From the NCBI GenBank assembly GCA_913043225.1, contig CAJWLU010000021.1, positions 1-57,497 of the forward strand: 57,497 nucleotides of DNA. The letters are read 5' to 3'. The first letter of the stretch is position 1; every line of letters starts with the position of its first letter. Shown here in pieces: positions 29,293 through 39,732 of the stretch. Source of the stretch: an uncultured Acidobacteriota bacterium (lineage in GTDB: Bacteria > Acidobacteriota > Vicinamibacteria > Vicinamibacterales > UBA8438). The translations under genes were made by a program, and so were the position numbers. The notes beneath the pieces were generated by a model. The model searched no databases, was not told the DNA's origin, and saw nothing but the letters and a program-made list of their open reading frames with translations.

Positions 29293-30582
29293 ATGCAGCT
29301 TGATCAGGTCAACGAGAACAGCCCACTGCGCATTCTGGAGCGTTGCTGCCAGGAGGGCCTCGGAGAGGGCGAGCTCGGGGTGGTGATGGCGCGGGCCGGT
29401 GTTGGCAAGACCGCGTTCCTGGTGCAGATCGGGCTCGATCACGCGCTACGGGGCCACTCGGTCCTGCATGTGGCGCTAGGCCAGGACCTCGAGCATGTGC
29501 GGTCGTGGTACGACGCGCTATTCGAGGATCTGGCCGACACCACGGCACTCGACGACCGAGATGCCGTGCGTGCCGGCGTCGACACCCACCGCATCATCCA
29601 GGCGTATTCCGACGCGTCATTTCCCCACGAACGCCTCGACGACCTGGTGGCGCTCTATGGACAGACCGGATTCAAACCGGATGTGATCATGGTCGACGGG
29701 CTGGACTGGGAGGGAGGCGGGGTTGTGGAGCGGGCGGCCGAGCTCGGCGCCCTGAAGCAGATCGCCCGCCGCCTTGGCGCTGTCCTGTGGATTGCGGCCC
29801 AGACGCATCGCGACCAGACACCGGCGCATCCGACGCTGGTGCCTCCTCCGTGTGCGCAATACGAGGCGCTGATCAACCTGGCCATCTTTCTCGAGCCGGA
29901 GGGCACCCACGTGGAGGTCAGGCTGCTGAAGGATCATCTCCGGGACGCCACCGCCGAGACGCATCTTCAACTGCATCCGGACACGATGCGGTTGGTGCGT
30001 GACGAGACGGCGACCGGCGTCGTGCGGCTGCCGGCCAGCGCCTACACGCTGTTGTCTGGCGGGGCCCGTGGCGCCGAGACCATCTTCGGCGAGACCGCTG
30101 AGCGATTCGGGGCGGGCGAGACAACCTTCTCGTTCGCCGGCCGCGACACCGAGCGGCAGCGCGGGCTGGTCGAACTGACGCCCACCGAGCTGCAGCGCGG
30201 CGCGGTGAGCGAGGCCTACATCACTGCGCAGCTGCATCGCTCGTTCCCCGAGACGCCCGCTTTCCAGACCCTCTTGCAATCGATCTGGCATCAGGTCGCG
30301 ACCGCTGGCGAAGTGTTCGTCGTGGGCGAGGTGCTCGAGGACGACACCGTCAAGGGCGGCACCGGGTGGGGGGCCGAGCTGGCCAAGCACCTGCGAAAGC
30401 GCCTATTCGTGTTCGATCAGAAGCGGGAGCAGTGGTTGACCTGGGGTGACGGCACCTGGGCGCCAGTCGACCCGCCGTGCATTGAGCGCACCCGATTCAC
30501 TGGGACCGGGACGCGTTTTCTGAGTGACGCGGGGCGCCAGGCGATCGAAGATCTCTTTGAGCGGTCATTCGGCAACCGGTAG
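29293..30582 (+). CDS. RecA/KaiC/DnaB-fold P-loop ATPase fused to a C-terminal SLOG-like (cpYpsA-like) domain
   Basis: RBS AGGAGG; Walker A ARAGVGKT, Walker B IMVDG, LKQIARRLG..WIAAQ; C-terminal LLSGGARGAE, VKGGTGWG, FVFDQ, FTGTGTR. Confidence 0.75.
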   Translation: MQLDQVNENSPLRILERCCQEGLGEGELGVVMARAGVGKTAFLVQIGLDHALRGHSVLHVALGQDLEHVRSWYDALFEDLADTTALDDRDAVRAGVDTHRIIQAYSDASFPHERLDDLVALYGQTGFKPDVIMVDGLDWEGGGVVERAAELGALKQIARRLGAVLWIAAQTHRDQTPAHPTLVPPPCAQYEALINLAIFLEPEGTHVEVRLLKDHLRDATAETHLQLHPDTMRLVRDETATGVVRLPASAYTLLSGGARGAETIFGETAERFGAGETTFSFAGRDTERQRGLVELTPTELQRGAVSEAYITAQLHRSFPETPAFQTLLQSIWHQVATAGEVFVVGEVLEDDTVKGGTGWGAELAKHLRKRLFVFDQKREQWLTWGDGTWAPVDPPCIERTRFTGTGTRFLSDAGRQAIEDLFERSFGNR

Positions 30583-30591
30583 GAGGTCTCC

Positions 30592-31920
30592 ATGCGGCGG
30601 GTGGGTCTCGCGTTCCTGGCGGCGACGGCGCTATGCACGGTGAATGTGCAGGCCGAGGACTGGCCGCAATGGCGCGGTCCGGACGGGCGTCGCATTTCCA
30701 CCGAGCAGAACCTTCCAGTCAGCTGGAGTCGGGACGCTGGCGTAGCCTGGCGCACGCCGCTGAACGGCCTCGGTGTGTCGTCTCCGATCGTGGTGGGTAA
30801 CCGGGTGTTCCTGACTCAACAGCGCGGTCGCGGTCAGCTCCGTCCTGGAGGTCACCCTCAACTCGTGCGTGGTGGTGGGGCCGCGCCCGACCGACCGCTG
30901 GGCGGCGAGCGGGTCGACGGCCGTGGCGATGACGTCATCTTCATGGTCAGCGCGTTCGACCAGGCGGATGGGCAGTTGCTCTGGGAGTTCGAGCTGCCCG
31001 CCGACGGAGATCAGCCGCTCGGACACCTGAAGAGCAACATGGCCAGCCCGAGCGCCGCCTCCGACGGCGAGCTGGTGTTCGGCTGGTTCGCGACCGGACA
31101 GATCGTGGCGCTAAGTCTCGACGGCGAGCCGGTCTGGCAGCGGCACCTGGCTCGCGACTACGGCCCCTACGAGATCGTCTGGGGCCACTCGAGTTCGCCC
31201 GTGCTCTACCAGGAGCTGCTCATTCTGCAGTCCGACCACGAGAGCGGCGCCTACATCCTGGCGCTCGATGCCGCGACCGGCGAGGAGCGGTGGCGAGCCG
31301 ATCGCGGACAGAACCTGCGCTCGTTCTCCACGCCGCTGATCGTTCCCGGCCCGGCCGGGGACGAACTGGTGGTCAATGCCCGCGCCGGCCTCGATGGCTA
31401 CAACCCCACGACGGGCGAGTGGTTGTGGCATGCCGACGGGCTGAACGACTATCCGGTGCCCTCGGCCACCCACGATGAAGACGGCGTGATCTACACCTCG
31501 CGCGGCCACCGGGCCGGGCCGTATCTGGCGCTTCGCCCGGGCGGTCGCGGCGTGGTCGACGAGACTCACCTTGTCTGGAAGGTGGAAACGGGCGCTCCGT
31601 ACATTTCGTCGGTTCTCTACTACGACGGACTGGTCTACATGGCCAACGGCGGGGGCATCGTCACGGCCGTCGACGCGGCCAGCGGAGACCGGGTGTGGCA
31701 GGACCGGATCGGCGGGGTGTTTTCCGCGACACCGCTGGCGGGCGACGAGAAGGTCTACCTCTTCAGCGAGACGGGTGAGACCGTGGTGCTGGCGGCCGGG
31801 TCGTCGCTCTCGATCCTCGCACGGAACGACCTTGGTGAACCGGTCGTGTCGTCGCCGGCCGTCTCCGACGGCCGGATCTTCATCCGTACCGAGCAGGCCC
31901 TGATCGCGGTTGGCGAGTAG
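30592..31920 (+). CDS. Secreted PQQ-binding-like beta-propeller
   Basis: RBS AGGAGG; signal peptide; DWPQWRGP, SSPIV, repeated D..TG...W blades. Confidence 0.88.
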   Translation: MRRVGLAFLAATALCTVNVQAEDWPQWRGPDGRRISTEQNLPVSWSRDAGVAWRTPLNGLGVSSPIVVGNRVFLTQQRGRGQLRPGGHPQLVRGGGAAPDRPLGGERVDGRGDDVIFMVSAFDQADGQLLWEFELPADGDQPLGHLKSNMASPSAASDGELVFGWFATGQIVALSLDGEPVWQRHLARDYGPYEIVWGHSSSPVLYQELLILQSDHESGAYILALDAATGEERWRADRGQNLRSFSTPLIVPGPAGDELVVNARAGLDGYNPTTGEWLWHADGLNDYPVPSATHDEDGVIYTSRGHRAGPYLALRPGGRGVVDETHLVWKVETGAPYISSVLYYDGLVYMANGGGIVTAVDAASGDRVWQDRIGGVFSATPLAGDEKVYLFSETGETVVLAAGSSLSILARNDLGEPVVSSPAVSDGRIFIRTEQALIAVGE

Positions 31921-31932
31921 CGTCCGCCGACC

Positions 31933-33432
31933 TCAGGTCCTCGTTCTTGTCGCCCGCACTAGTGGTGGCAGGACCACTAACGCTAGGGCCAATCCCAGTA
32001 GGGCCGCCGAGAGCGGGCGGGTCAAGAACACGGTGGGATCGCCGTCGGCGATGGCCAGTGCCCGGCGTGTGTACTGTTCGAGTAGTGGTCCGAGCACGGC
32101 GCCCAGCACCACCGGCGCCAGCGGAATCTCCTGGTGTCTCAGCACGACGGCCAACAGACCCAGCGCATAGACGACACCGACGTCGAAGAGGCTGCTGTTG
32201 AGCGTGTAGACGCCGACGGTAGCCAACGCGAGCACGGCCGCGTAGAGAAGGGCCGGTGGGACCTCCAGCAGGCGAACCCATAACCGGATTAGGGGCAGGT
32301 TCAGTAGTAGCAACAGGGCGTTCGACACATACAGGCTGGCGATGAGTCCCCAGACCAGCTCCGACTCCTGGCTGAAGAGCAGCGGGCCGGGCTGCAGGCC
32401 GTACATCTGGAACGCGGCCAGCATGACGGCGGTGGTGCCAGAGCCGGGCACGCCGAGCGCGAGCAGTGGCACCAGGCTACCCCCGGCGCTGGCGTTGTTG
32501 GCGGCTTCTGGTCCGGCGACCCCTTCGATGGCACCCTCGCCGAACTCCTCCGGCGTCTTCGATACCCGTCGCTCGACGTCATACGAGAGGAAGCTGGCCA
32601 CCGTGGCGCCAGCGCCTGGCAGTACCCCGGTGAAGAAGCCGATGAGCGTCCCGCGGCCCCAGGCAGGCATCGACCGACGCCACTCCGATGGGGTCAGCCG
32701 CGCCGGCCCGTCGAGACGTGTCACGTTCGTAGGTGCGTCCAGTCGGGTGGCCGCATGCCAGAAGACCTCGCCCACCGCGAAGAGGCCCACGGTGACCAGC
32801 ACGACATTCAGGCCCCCGAGCAGACCGGGCATACCCATGGAGAAACGCGCTTGTCCGGTTTGCACGTCGATGCCGACGGTGCCGAGGGCCAGGCCCACGA
32901 AGATGGCCAGTAGCCCGCGTGCTGGGTTGGCCCCGGCCAGACCTGCCACACTGGTGAGGGCTAGCACCATAAGCGCCGCGTAGTCGGCTGGTCCGAATCC
33001 GAGCGAGAGCTCGACCAGTGGCGGCGCCAGCAGCATCAGCATTACGGTGGCGAACGTGCCGGCCACGAATGACCCGATGGCGGCCGTGGCGAGCGCGGCA
33101 CCGGCGCGACCACGACGGGTCATGGCGTAGCCGTCGACTGCGGTCATGACGCTCGACGTCTCGCCAGGCATTCGCACCAGGATGGACGTGGTCGATCCGC
33201 CATACATCGCGCCGTAGTAGATGCCGCCGAAGAGAATGAACGTGCCGACCGGATCCATCCCGAAGGTGAGGGGAAGGAGCAGCGAGATGGTCAGCGCCGG
33301 CCCGAGACCTGGTAGCACACCGATCGCGGTGCCTACGGTGACTCCGACCGCGCCGAGCAGGAGGTTGGTGGGGACCAGGGCCGACGCGAACCCGGCGCCC
33401 AGCTGAGGGAGTAGGTAGCTCAGGCTGGACAT
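31933..33432 (-). CDS. tctA: Tripartite tricarboxylate transporter large permease TctA
   Basis: GVLPGLG, YYGAMYGGS, EGVAGPEAANNA, LGVPGS. Confidence 0.95.
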   Translation of the reverse strand: MSSLSYLLPQLGAGFASALVPTNLLLGAVGVTVGTAIGVLPGLGPALTISLLLPLTFGMDPVGTFILFGGIYYGAMYGGSTTSILVRMPGETSSVMTAVDGYAMTRRGRAGAALATAAIGSFVAGTFATVMLMLLAPPLVELSLGFGPADYAALMVLALTSVAGLAGANPARGLLAIFVGLALGTVGIDVQTGQARFSMGMPGLLGGLNVVLVTVGLFAVGEVFWHAATRLDAPTNVTRLDGPARLTPSEWRRSMPAWGRGTLIGFFTGVLPGAGATVASFLSYDVERRVSKTPEEFGEGAIEGVAGPEAANNASAGGSLVPLLALGVPGSGTTAVMLAAFQMYGLQPGPLLFSQESELVWGLIASLYVSNALLLLLNLPLIRLWVRLLEVPPALLYAAVLALATVGVYTLNSSLFDVGVVYALGLLAVVLRHQEIPLAPVVLGAVLGPLLEQYTRRALAIADGDPTVFLTRPLSAALLGLALALVVLPPLVRATRTRT

Positions 33433-33854
33433 CAGCCGAGCAGACCCTGCGGTAGTTGCACGCCCAGCACGAAGGTGAGCAGGCCGTGGACGGTGGTGGC
33501 TAGTAGTGCAGCGACGACGAGGTCACGGCGCCAGCGCTGGCTGCCGAGGACGCGCGCCTGGAGCACCACGAACGGTACCGTGGCTGGAAGGAAGCCGGCC
33601 ATGGGCAAGAGCGCCAGGTAGGCCAGATAGGTTGCCGCTGCGCCACCGACGCCGCGCCAGTCCAGCGGGCTGGTAGTCCGGTCGGTGGCTGCTACCCAGC
33701 CGGCACATCCCACCAGCCCGAGGCCGATGATCATCGGAAACACCCCTGGGCCAACCGCCGCGTACTGATCCTCGGGCGTGTCAATCTGGAAGGCGGCGGC
33801 GAGGTAGGTCAGCGCGGCAGCGACCAGCAGGGCTCGGGCCAGCGGTGGACGCAT
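33432..33854 (-). CDS. tctB: Tripartite tricarboxylate transporter small subunit TctB
   Basis: Four TM segments, GPGVFP, LGVQLP; translationally coupled to tctA. Confidence 0.88.
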   Translation of the reverse strand: MRPPLARALLVAAALTYLAAAFQIDTPEDQYAAVGPGVFPMIIGLGLVGCAGWVAATDRTTSPLDWRGVGGAAATYLAYLALLPMAGFLPATVPFVVLQARVLGSQRWRRDLVVAALLATTVHGLLTFVLGVQLPQGLLG

Positions 33855-33863
33855 CGGGCCACC

Positions 33864-34892
33864 CTATCGCACTAGGCCAACCGAGCGAAGGACCTGGTCG
33901 GCGGTGGCACGTTCGTCGGCGAGGAACTCGTCGAGTGGCGCGCCGCTGAGGAAGCTGTCTTCCCACTCGTTGTCGGTGAGGATCTGCTGCCAGGCCGGGC
34001 TGTCACGCATGGCGTCGAGCGCGTCGGCAAGCCAGGCGCGCGTCATCGAGTCGGTGTCGGGTGGAGCCAGGACCCCGCGCCAGTTGGCCAGCACGACGTC
34101 CAGACCGTATTCCCGGAAGGTCGGTGTTTCGCTGTCGCTGAGTCGTTCGGCGGCCGAAATGGCCAGCGGTCGCATCCGTCCCGTGTCTACGAAGCCCTTC
34201 CATTCGCCAACCCCGGACACGCCGGCCGAGACGTGGCCGCCTATCACGGCTACGGCCGCCTCGCCGCCCCCGGCGTGTGCGACGTAGTTCACGCGAGCCG
34301 GGTCCACGCCGGCCGCCAGCGCGAGCAGCCCCACCAGCATGTGGTCGATGCCGCCGGCCGAGCCGCCAGCCCAGCTGATTGATTCGGGTGCGGCTCGGAA
34401 GACCTCGATCAGAGCGTCCAGCGTGTCGAACGGCGAATCAGCCGGGACCGCCACCATCTCGTATTCGTTGAGCAGTCGCGCGATTGGGACCGTGTCGGCC
34501 ACTGAGACCGGGCTGTTGTTGGTACGGACCGCGCCCAGCATGACCTGCCCGAACACCATCAACGTCTGAGGGTTGCCCCGGTGGCGGCTGACGAGATCGG
34601 CCAGTCCGATGGTGCCGCCGGCGCCGCCCCGGTTGACCACCTCCACCGGGACACCGAGTAACCCCGTGTCTCTGAGCACCTGCTGCAACTGGCGCGCAGT
34701 CTGGTCCCAGCCGCCGCCAGGGTTGGCCGGCGCAATTACGGTGATCGGCCCATTGGGATACCCAGCCTCGGTGCGGGGAAGGGCGTTCGCGGGGGCGCTG
34801 GAGTCTGCGCTGCCACAGCCAACCGCTAGGTAGAGGCCGGTTGCGAGGAGGGTCGTGGCCAGCGTGTGGGCGCGACGAACGCCGAAGAGCAT
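33864..34892 (-). CDS. tctC: Tripartite tricarboxylate transporter substrate-binding protein TctC (probable lipoprotein)
   Basis: PANPGGGWD, NRGGAGGTIG, GGSAGG.DH, NWRG; lipobox AVGC. Confidence 0.93.
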   Translation of the reverse strand: MLFGVRRAHTLATTLLATGLYLAVGCGSADSSAPANALPRTEAGYPNGPITVIAPANPGGGWDQTARQLQQVLRDTGLLGVPVEVVNRGGAGGTIGLADLVSRHRGNPQTLMVFGQVMLGAVRTNNSPVSVADTVPIARLLNEYEMVAVPADSPFDTLDALIEVFRAAPESISWAGGSAGGIDHMLVGLLALAAGVDPARVNYVAHAGGGEAAVAVIGGHVSAGVSGVGEWKGFVDTGRMRPLAISAAERLSDSETPTFREYGLDVVLANWRGVLAPPDTDSMTRAWLADALDAMRDSPAWQQILTDNEWEDSFLSGAPLDEFLADERATADQVLRSVGLVR

Positions 34893-34972
34893 GCGTCATT
34901 GTGGCCCAGAACCTGCGGGGTTGGCGCCGGCGTGGTCTGAATGCCACGGGGGGTGCGCGCTATGCTTTACCC

Positions 34973-35848
34973 ATGGACAAGCGGGCGCTACGGAGCCTGG
35001 TGGCGGTGGTGATCAGCGTGACGGTGGCCGCCGCGGTGAGCTGGGCGGGCAGCCAGCACGGCGTGTGGGTGGACGGCGCGCCGCTGTTCGCGCTGTGTGG
35101 GATGCTGTCCTTCGGCATCAACTGGCTCGTCTTTATCCCGGCCTACATCTGGCAGACCGAGCGGTTCTTCGATCTTACCGGCAGTCTGACCTATCTGACG
35201 GTGGTTGCCGTGGCGCTGGCGATGACCCTGGGAGGCGACCCGCGGTCCTTGCTGTTGGCCGGCATGGTCTCGGTCTGGGCGGTCAGGCTGGGGAGCTTTC
35301 TGTTCCGTCGTATCAGGCGCGACGGTCACGATGGCCGGTTCGACGAACTGAAGCCCAGTTTTCCTAGGTTCCTGCTAACCTGGACCCTGCAGGCGCTGTG
35401 GGTGCTGCTGACCGTCTCCGGCGCCCTGGCCGCGATGACGGCGATGCGTATCGAGCCGCTGGGATGGGTGGCCGCCGTTGGCGTCGTCATTTGGCTGGCT
35501 GGCTTCGGGATCGAGGTGACGGCCGACCGGCAGAAGGCGCGTTTTCGCCGGGACGCGGCCAACGACGGGCAGTTCATCACGACCGGCCTCTGGGCCTGGT
35601 CCAGACACCCGAACTACTTCGGTGAGATCTTGCTGTGGGTCGGAGTAGCGGTGGTTGCGCTGCCGGCGCTCCGAGGATGGCAGCACGTCACCTTGATTTC
35701 TCCGGTCTTCGTCTACCTTCTATTGACCAGGATCAGCGGGGTGCCGCTGCTCGAGGCGCGCGCAGAGGCTAGATGGGGCGAGCTGCCGAAGTATCAGGCC
35801 TATCGGAACGCCACGCCTTCACTGGTCCCGCGCCCGCCCAGAAACTGA
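34973..35848 (+). CDS. DUF1295 (steroid 5-alpha-reductase-like) membrane protein
   Basis: FFDLTGSLTY, DGRF, ADRQK, GLWAWSRHPNYFGE; TATGCT 6 nt upstream suggests a leaderless start. Confidence 0.92.
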   Translation: MDKRALRSLVAVVISVTVAAAVSWAGSQHGVWVDGAPLFALCGMLSFGINWLVFIPAYIWQTERFFDLTGSLTYLTVVAVALAMTLGGDPRSLLLAGMVSVWAVRLGSFLFRRIRRDGHDGRFDELKPSFPRFLLTWTLQALWVLLTVSGALAAMTAMRIEPLGWVAAVGVVIWLAGFGIEVTADRQKARFRRDAANDGQFITTGLWAWSRHPNYFGEILLWVGVAVVALPALRGWQHVTLISPVFVYLLLTRISGVPLLEARAEARWGELPKYQAYRNATPSLVPRPPRN

Positions 35849-35871
35849 CAAGACTTGGTAGACTGTGCGGC

Positions 35872-37281
35872 ATGCTAACCCATGTCGGCCGCCTCGGTGC
35901 GGCCGCCATGCTCGGTGCCCTGAGCGCGGCGACGCCGACGTCGGCCGAGGGTGACCTGCGTCTGGTCGACGCGGTCAAGGCACGTGACCTGCCAGCGGTG
36001 GAGCGTCTACTGGGTGCTGGTGTGCCGGTGGACTCGGCCACGCCCGACGGCGCCACTGCTCTGCACTGGGCGGCCCACCGCGACGGCCTGGAGATGGCCA
36101 GCCGGTTGCTGCGGGCGGGCGCCGATCCCGATGTGATCAATGAGCTGGGGGTGTCGCCCTTGGTTCTGGCATGCGAGAACGCCAGCGCCGCGATGGTCGG
36201 GCAGTTGCTCGCGCACGGGGCGGATCCGAACCAGGCCCAGCCCACCGGCGTGACGCCATTGATGGCGTGCGCGCGGACCGGGAGCGCCGCCGCGGTGGAG
36301 GCACTGCTGGCGAGCGGTGCCACTGTCGACCGCCGCGAATCCGTGAGCGGACAGACGGCGCTGATGTGGGCGGTGGCAGAGCGCCATGCCGACGTCGTCT
36401 CGCACCTGATCGCGGCGGATGCCGACGTGGGGGGCGGGTCAGCGCGGGGTTTCACCCCCCTGATGTTCGCAGCCCAGCAGGGCGACGAGGCACTGGCCAC
36501 CACGCTGCTGGCCGCCGGGGCAGACGTCGACCGGGCCAATAACGGTGGCAGCGCGGCGCTTCTGGTGGCGACCGAAAGCGGGCATCTCGAGATGGTGCGC
36601 TTGCTCCTCGAGGCGGGTGCAGACCGGGATGCCGCCGGGACCGGCCGAACGGCGCTGCACGGGGCGGTGCAGCACGAGCGGCCCGACATTGTCACCCTGC
36701 TGCTCGACTATGGCGCTGACGTCGATGCGCGCCTGACGGCCCGGCTGCCGAAGTTCGCCGGTGATCTCGCGAGCAACACCGGACCGGGCAGCATGGTGGG
36801 CGCGACGCCGTTCTGGCTGGCCACCAAGTTCACCGATGTTGACCTGATGCGTCTGTTCCGCGATCGCGGGGCTGACACGACGCTGGCTGCCGATGACGGG
36901 ACGACACCGCTGATGGTGGCCGCCGGGATCATGTCGCTCGAAGGCTACGACCGCTACGGCCGGCTGGTCTTCGCCGACGACACGGCGCGCCGCCGGGAGC
37001 ACGAGCTCGACACCGTCGAGCTGGCCTTCTCGCTCGGCGGGGATGTCGCGGTGGTGAACGAGCATGGACAGACCGCGATGCACGGCGCGGCCTACACCGG
37101 CAACGATGCCGTCGTGCGGTTTCTGTTCGAGCGCGGTGCCGTGGTCGATGTCGCGGACCTGACGGGCCTGACGCCGCTGGGCATCACCGAAGGGATCTGG
37201 ATCAGCGGAACCTTTCTCGAGCGTCCGACGACCGAGGTGTTGCTCCGCGAACTGGGTGCCGGCAGGGGGGTGGTGCAATGA
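35872..37281 (+). CDS. Secreted ankyrin-repeat protein
   Basis: Signal peptide; many G.TAL/PL..A...G....V..LL..GAD repeats. Confidence 0.93.
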   Translation: MLTHVGRLGAAAMLGALSAATPTSAEGDLRLVDAVKARDLPAVERLLGAGVPVDSATPDGATALHWAAHRDGLEMASRLLRAGADPDVINELGVSPLVLACENASAAMVGQLLAHGADPNQAQPTGVTPLMACARTGSAAAVEALLASGATVDRRESVSGQTALMWAVAERHADVVSHLIAADADVGGGSARGFTPLMFAAQQGDEALATTLLAAGADVDRANNGGSAALLVATESGHLEMVRLLLEAGADRDAAGTGRTALHGAVQHERPDIVTLLLDYGADVDARLTARLPKFAGDLASNTGPGSMVGATPFWLATKFTDVDLMRLFRDRGADTTLAADDGTTPLMVAAGIMSLEGYDRYGRLVFADDTARRREHELDTVELAFSLGGDVAVVNEHGQTAMHGAAYTGNDAVVRFLFERGAVVDVADLTGLTPLGITEGIWISGTFLERPTTEVLLRELGAGRGVVQ

Positions 37282-39722
37282 CCCGGCACGGGGTGCCGTG
37301 CGGTCGGCGAGCGTCCTGGTCGGTCGGGGTGCTGGTCGTCCTGGTCGTGGGTCTCGCGAATCCGCCGATGGCGTGGTCAGGGCAACCGAACACGGGAAAC
37401 GACCCTTCCCGTGCGTTTCTCGACCGCCACTGCACTGCCTGTCACAACAGCCGGCGTCCGACGGCCCAGCTCTCGCTCGACGCCGAGGCGGTGGACCCCG
37501 GACGAGCGCCCGCGCATGCGGAGGTCTGGGAGAAGGTGCTCCGCAAGCTCCGGACGGGCGCCATGCCGCCCGTCGGGCGTCCCCGACCTGCCGCCGACGA
37601 GGTGGCCGCGCTCGTCAGGGGTCTGGAGACGAGCATCGACCGCGCGGCCGCCAGCCGGCCGGCTGTGGGCCGCCCGCTTGCGCATCGGTTGAATCGGACC
37701 GAGTACGCCAATGCCGTGCGAGATCTGCTGGCGCTCGACATCGACGGGGCGGCGTTGCTGCCGCCCGATGACGCCGGGTTCGGCTTCGACAACATTGGCG
37801 ATGTGCTGACCGTGTCGCCATTGCTCCTCGAGCGCTACATGTCGGCGGCCGGCAAGGTGGCCCGGCTGGCAGTTGGTTCGGCAAAGGGGCCCAGGTCTCA
37901 CACCTACCAGGTGTCGAAGTATCTGCGTCAGGACGATCGAATGGGCGAGGACCTCCCGTTCGGTACTCGCGGTGGGACCGCGGTGCGGCACACGTTCCCG
38001 GCCTCGGGCGAATATCTCCTAAAACTGCGGCTGCTCAAAAACCACCGGGATCAGATTCGAGGCGTCGATCAAAGGCACGATCTGGAGGTGCGTGTCGACG
38101 GCGCGCGGAAAGACCTGTTCACCGTCGGGTGGACGCCCGACCTGGACATCGACCGCTCGACCTACCTGCTCCACGGGGATGCCGAGCTGAACACGCGTGT
38201 GCGAGTCGGTGCCGGTCCGCATCTCGTGTCGGCCGCCTTCCTGGCCCGTCCGACGATGCCCGAGGGGCCGCTGGGGCCGATCGTCTCGGTGGCGAGCTTC
38301 GGATTCAGCGCCGACCTGGCGGTGTCTGCCGAGGAGGCGCCCGCACTCTGGACCCTCGAGATCGAGGGGCCGCTCGGTTCGGCGGAAGAGCTGGCGGCCG
38401 AGGAGTCGCCAAGCCACGAGCGCCTCTTCGTGTGTCGCCCGACCCGGACGCTCGAGGAGCGGTTGTGTGCGACCGAGATTCTCGGTCAGCTCGCCCGACG
38501 AGCCTATCGGCGCCCCGTGACCGACGCGGACCTGGCGCCGTTACTCGAGTACTTCGAGGACGGGCGTCGGCGGGGTGGATTCGAGGGGGGCATCGAGCTG
38601 GCGCTGCGGAAGGTGCTCGTGAGCCCCGAGTTTCTCTTCCGGATCGAACGCGACCCGGTTGACGTGGGGCCCGCAGTGCCCTATCGGTTGAGCGACCTCG
38701 AACTGGCGTCACGCCTGTCGTTCTTTCTCTGGAGCACAATTCCTGACGATGAGTTGCTGGCGGCCGCCGAGACCGGACGGCTCGGCGATTCGGCCGAGCT
38801 GCGGCGGCAGGTCGAACGGATGCTGGCTGACCCACGGTCCCGCGCGCTGGTCGACAACTTTGCGGGGCAGTGGCTATTTCTGCGAAACATGCGACTGGTG
38901 ATGCCGGATCCCCAGGCGTTTCCGGAGTTCGACGACAACCTGCGGGAGGCGTTTTCGGCCGAAACCGAGCTGTTTCTCCTGAGTCAACTCCGGGAGGACA
39001 AGAGCGTCCTCGACATGCTCACCGCCGACTACACCTTCCTAAACGAACGTCTCGCCCGGCACTACGGCATTCCCGGGGTTTACGGCAGTCACCATCGCCT
39101 TGTCTCATTGACCGACCCCAACCGACACGGGCTGCTCGGGCACGGCAGCGTGCTGACCGTGACCTCCTATGCCAACCGCACGTCGCCCGTGCTCCGGGGG
39201 AAGTGGCTGCTGGAGAACCTGCTCGGGGCGCCACCGCCCCCTCCGCCAGCCGACGTACCGGCGTTGAAGGAGATTGGCGAGGAAGGGGTCGCGCCCAGCT
39301 CGGTGCGGGAGCGTCTGGAACTGCACCGGCAGAACCCGGCCTGTGCCACCTGTCACGCCCAGATGGACCCGCTGGGGTTTGCGCTCGAGAACTTCGACGC
39401 GATCGGCCGCTGGCGGACGACGGGTGAGGGCGGTGCCCCGATCGATGCGTCGGCGACGACGCCGGATGGAACCACCATCTCGGGGCCGGGGGATCTGGCC
39501 CAGTTGCTGACGAGCCAGCCCGAGCTGTTCGCCGCCACCGTGGTCGAGAAGCTGATGACGTATGCGCTCGGACGCGGGGTCGAGCACTACGACGCGCCCG
39601 TTGTTCGGGCCGTGGTGCGGGAGGCTGCCGACGAGGGATACCGCTGGTCGGCGCTGATCTCCGGGATCGTGAGCAGCTCGCCGTTTCAGATGCGAATGTC
39701 GGCGACCGAGTCGGCTGAATGA
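37278..39722 (+). CDS. DUF1592-type protein (PSD1-5/PSCyt domains) with two c-type heme motifs
   Basis: CTACH..MPP, HRLNRTEYAN, GFDN, ELASRLSFFLWS, FAGQWL, TSPVLRGKW, CATCH..MDPLGFALENFD. Confidence 0.93.
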   Translation: MTRHGVPCGRRASWSVGVLVVLVVGLANPPMAWSGQPNTGNDPSRAFLDRHCTACHNSRRPTAQLSLDAEAVDPGRAPAHAEVWEKVLRKLRTGAMPPVGRPRPAADEVAALVRGLETSIDRAAASRPAVGRPLAHRLNRTEYANAVRDLLALDIDGAALLPPDDAGFGFDNIGDVLTVSPLLLERYMSAAGKVARLAVGSAKGPRSHTYQVSKYLRQDDRMGEDLPFGTRGGTAVRHTFPASGEYLLKLRLLKNHRDQIRGVDQRHDLEVRVDGARKDLFTVGWTPDLDIDRSTYLLHGDAELNTRVRVGAGPHLVSAAFLARPTMPEGPLGPIVSVASFGFSADLAVSAEEAPALWTLEIEGPLGSAEELAAEESPSHERLFVCRPTRTLEERLCATEILGQLARRAYRRPVTDADLAPLLEYFEDGRRRGGFEGGIELALRKVLVSPEFLFRIERDPVDVGPAVPYRLSDLELASRLSFFLWSTIPDDELLAAAETGRLGDSAELRRQVERMLADPRSRALVDNFAGQWLFLRNMRLVMPDPQAFPEFDDNLREAFSAETELFLLSQLREDKSVLDMLTADYTFLNERLARHYGIPGVYGSHHRLVSLTDPNRHGLLGHGSVLTVTSYANRTSPVLRGKWLLENLLGAPPPPPPADVPALKEIGEEGVAPSSVRERLELHRQNPACATCHAQMDPLGFALENFDAIGRWRTTGEGGAPIDASATTPDGTTISGPGDLAQLLTSQPELFAATVVEKLMTYALGRGVEHYDAPVVRAVVREAADEGYRWSALISGIVSSSPFQMRMSATESAE

Positions 39723-39732
39723 GGAAGACGCC

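Noticed and set aside
17932..31920. Calling the two DWPQWRG propellers bamB or PQQ dehydrogenases
   Set aside because: No bam/der gene context, no lipobox and no quinoprotein active-site motifs; they belong to a generic expanded propeller family
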